A stretch of 64,000 nt of DNA. It comes from Chiloscyllium plagiosum (Eukaryota). This document shows positions 62,030 to 64,000 of the stretch, one piece after another. A program made the position numbers and the translations under genes. Under the pieces are notes generated by a model, which was not told the origin of the DNA, ran no database searches, and was given only the letters and a program-made list of their open reading frames with translations. Positions within the stretch are counted from its first letter, which is position 1; every line of letters begins with the position of its first letter. The DNA is taken from assembly GCF_004010195.1 (NCBI RefSeq), contig NC_057718.1:26260990-26324989 (forward strand), read 5' to 3'.

Positions 62030-63490
62030 TAATAGGAGTTAATGGCTGATCCTTTATTTCAAACCAATACTTTTGCTTTTTCCTCATATCTTTTTAGATT
62101 CTAAAAATCTATTTCTTTCTTAAGTACATTCAATGACTTTTCCTCAGAATCGCCGCCTTGAACTGAAGACGTTTCTCCTTATCTCAGTCCAAAATGGCCA
62201 ACCACAACTCCTGAGATTGTGACCTCTTCTTCTGAATCCCAGTCCCTGGCCGAGGGAAATATTATTTGGGCATCTAGTCTGTTTATCCTGTCTGAGTCTA
62301 ATGCATTTCAGTCACAACCCCTCTCATTTTTCTAAACACTAGTGATCACAGGACCAGTCAAATCAACCTCTTCTCATATGATGAACTTGCCATCTGTGGA
62401 TTCAATCCGGTGAACCTTTGCTGCTCTCCCTCAAAGGAAAGTCTGTCATTTCTTTGGTAAGGAAACTAAAACCACTCTGGGTGTGATCTCTCTAAAGCCC
62501 TGTACAGCTGCAGTAAGATTTAGAGCCATAGAATCCCTACATACAGAAGATGTTGTTCAACCCACCTAGTCTGCACTGGCCCTCTGTATAGCATCCACTC
62601 AAAACCAGCCCCCGCATTTACCAAGACTAACCTACCTAGCTTGCATATCCAGCAAGGACTCACAATGGTGAGGGCGTTGTTGGAGATGATATGGAGCCGA
62701 AGAGTTGCAGCAGCACGATGAAGGGTCTTGAGCCTGGCCATCAAGTCCATTGCCCATGTTGAAGCACTTAACAAGAGGAATTATAAAGTTGAACACTTTT
62801 TAAAATTTCTTCATTCTTCTGCCTTAAAATTCCATGGTTTGGTTTATTTTCAGATGGCACCAGAGAGCGCAGACACTGTACAACACTTTTTGCTGTATTT
62901 TAAAACAAAACCCACAATAAATAAATCAAATCACCTCCCTTGACAACTTGGCATGGCCAACCCACCTAACCTGCACTATGGGAGGAAGCCAGTGGAAACG
63001 CACACAGACACAAGGAAACCGTGTCAACTCCACACGGACAGTCACCCGAGGCTGGAACCAAACCCGGGTCCCTGGCACTGTGAGGCAGAACTGAGCTACT
63101 GTATTAGTGGCTTTGTTTGCTCCTGTACTCAAACGCTTTTGCAATAAAGGCCAACATGCCATCTGTTTTCCCAACTGTTTGCTGCACCTGTACGCTTGCT
63201 TTCAATAACTGCTGTACAAAGACGTCCAAGTCTTTCTGTACATTAACCTTTCCCAATCTGTCACCATTTAAATAATATACTTCTGTTCTGTTTTTCCAAA
63301 ATGGATAACTTCTGCTATATATTTTCCTGATCACCCAATTTGTCCAAATCATTCTGAAGGCTTTTTATATTCTTTTCACCACTCACACCCCCACTTATGG
63401 CATCAGCAAACTTGGTAATATTACACGGGATTGTCTCATCCAAATTGTTATTAATGTTGTGAATAGCTGAGGCCCAAGCACTAATCCTTG
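62030..63490 (-). mobile_element. Old CR1 3' fragment interrupted by an HE1 SINE (62520-63105, -), itself interrupted by a Rex-tail element (62652-62930, +)
   Basis: CR1 ...ctgcagtaaga| resumes at ~63110 (ttgctcctgtactcaaa). The HE1 tail is at 62520-62650 and the V domain/head at 62931-63105. Confidence 0.78.
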
Positions 63491-63639
63491 AAGGTATGTA
63501 TGGTTGCTGTGAAAATGTATGGATGCCTGTACGCCATCATACCATGCAACATTTTCTCCCTATCTACCCCATGCAATTTGCCCCAACACTTTAATAACTT
63601 CTTTTTTTCAAATTCAATAACCTGCCCTCAGATTGAGCC

Positions 63640-64000
63640 ATCTCACTTTCAAACATAATGTAAAATGCTGTCATATAGGGTCACGGATTACTAAAGGTTA
63701 TGTTACAACAAATTATAAATTAGCTCTTTTATCATTGGATAAAATAACCTGTTCACTAGTTAGTTCCTCATTCCTAAAACACTGCAGAAACTCACTCTCC
63801 ATAGCATTAGCGCTCATCACGATTACCCAGTCTACATGCAGAATGAAATCACCCCATGATTACTATATTGACCGTGCTACATGTTTCTCCAATCTTCCAA
63901 TTACTGCCATGCCTCACACTATTACTTTTGTTTCGTCATCTATAAACAGCTCCTGACAATGTTTGCTGCCCAATGCTTATAGCTTAAAGCCATTTGTTTG
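63640..64000 (-). mobile_element. Decayed CR1 APE-domain remnant
   Basis: Minus-strand gtaatcatggggtgatttcattctgcatgtagactgg (VIMGDF..HVDW-like) and gagtttctgcagtgttttagg. Confidence 0.6.

Overview
This is vertebrate nuclear genomic DNA, almost certainly from a cartilaginous fish. HE1-type V-SINEs, HER1/CR1 LINEs and shark-type Penelope repeats suggest a carpet/bamboo shark, which is an inference. The window lies inside a large-intron gene on the + strand, most likely ALK. A 95-nt exon at 2917-3011 encodes the end of the second MAM domain (FWLQLNTVWTDDSTAIIALDNVTLSLDCYLS), and a phase-compatible 135-nt exon at 15854-15988 probably encodes the following linker. I found no later ALK exon in the remaining 48 kb. 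The rest is intron, densely packed with mostly decayed and often nested transposons: many CR1/L2 fragments (one with an SGNH-esterase ORF1), a full-length but dead L1 with a TSD, an RTE split by a solo LTR, an internally deleted Gypsy element with both LTRs, a Tigger-like MITE and SINEs. There are also at least three Penelope-like (PLE) families that carry minimal hammerhead ribozymes, form fold-back insertions and make 11-15 bp TSDs. Two assembly gaps fall inside young PLE copies. There are no prokaryotic features such as CRISPR arrays or operons. I found no convincingly new biological system; the best leads are the ribozyme-bearing PLE hairpins and the inverted CR1 pair that brackets the ALK exon. 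Boundaries of decayed repeats are approximate.
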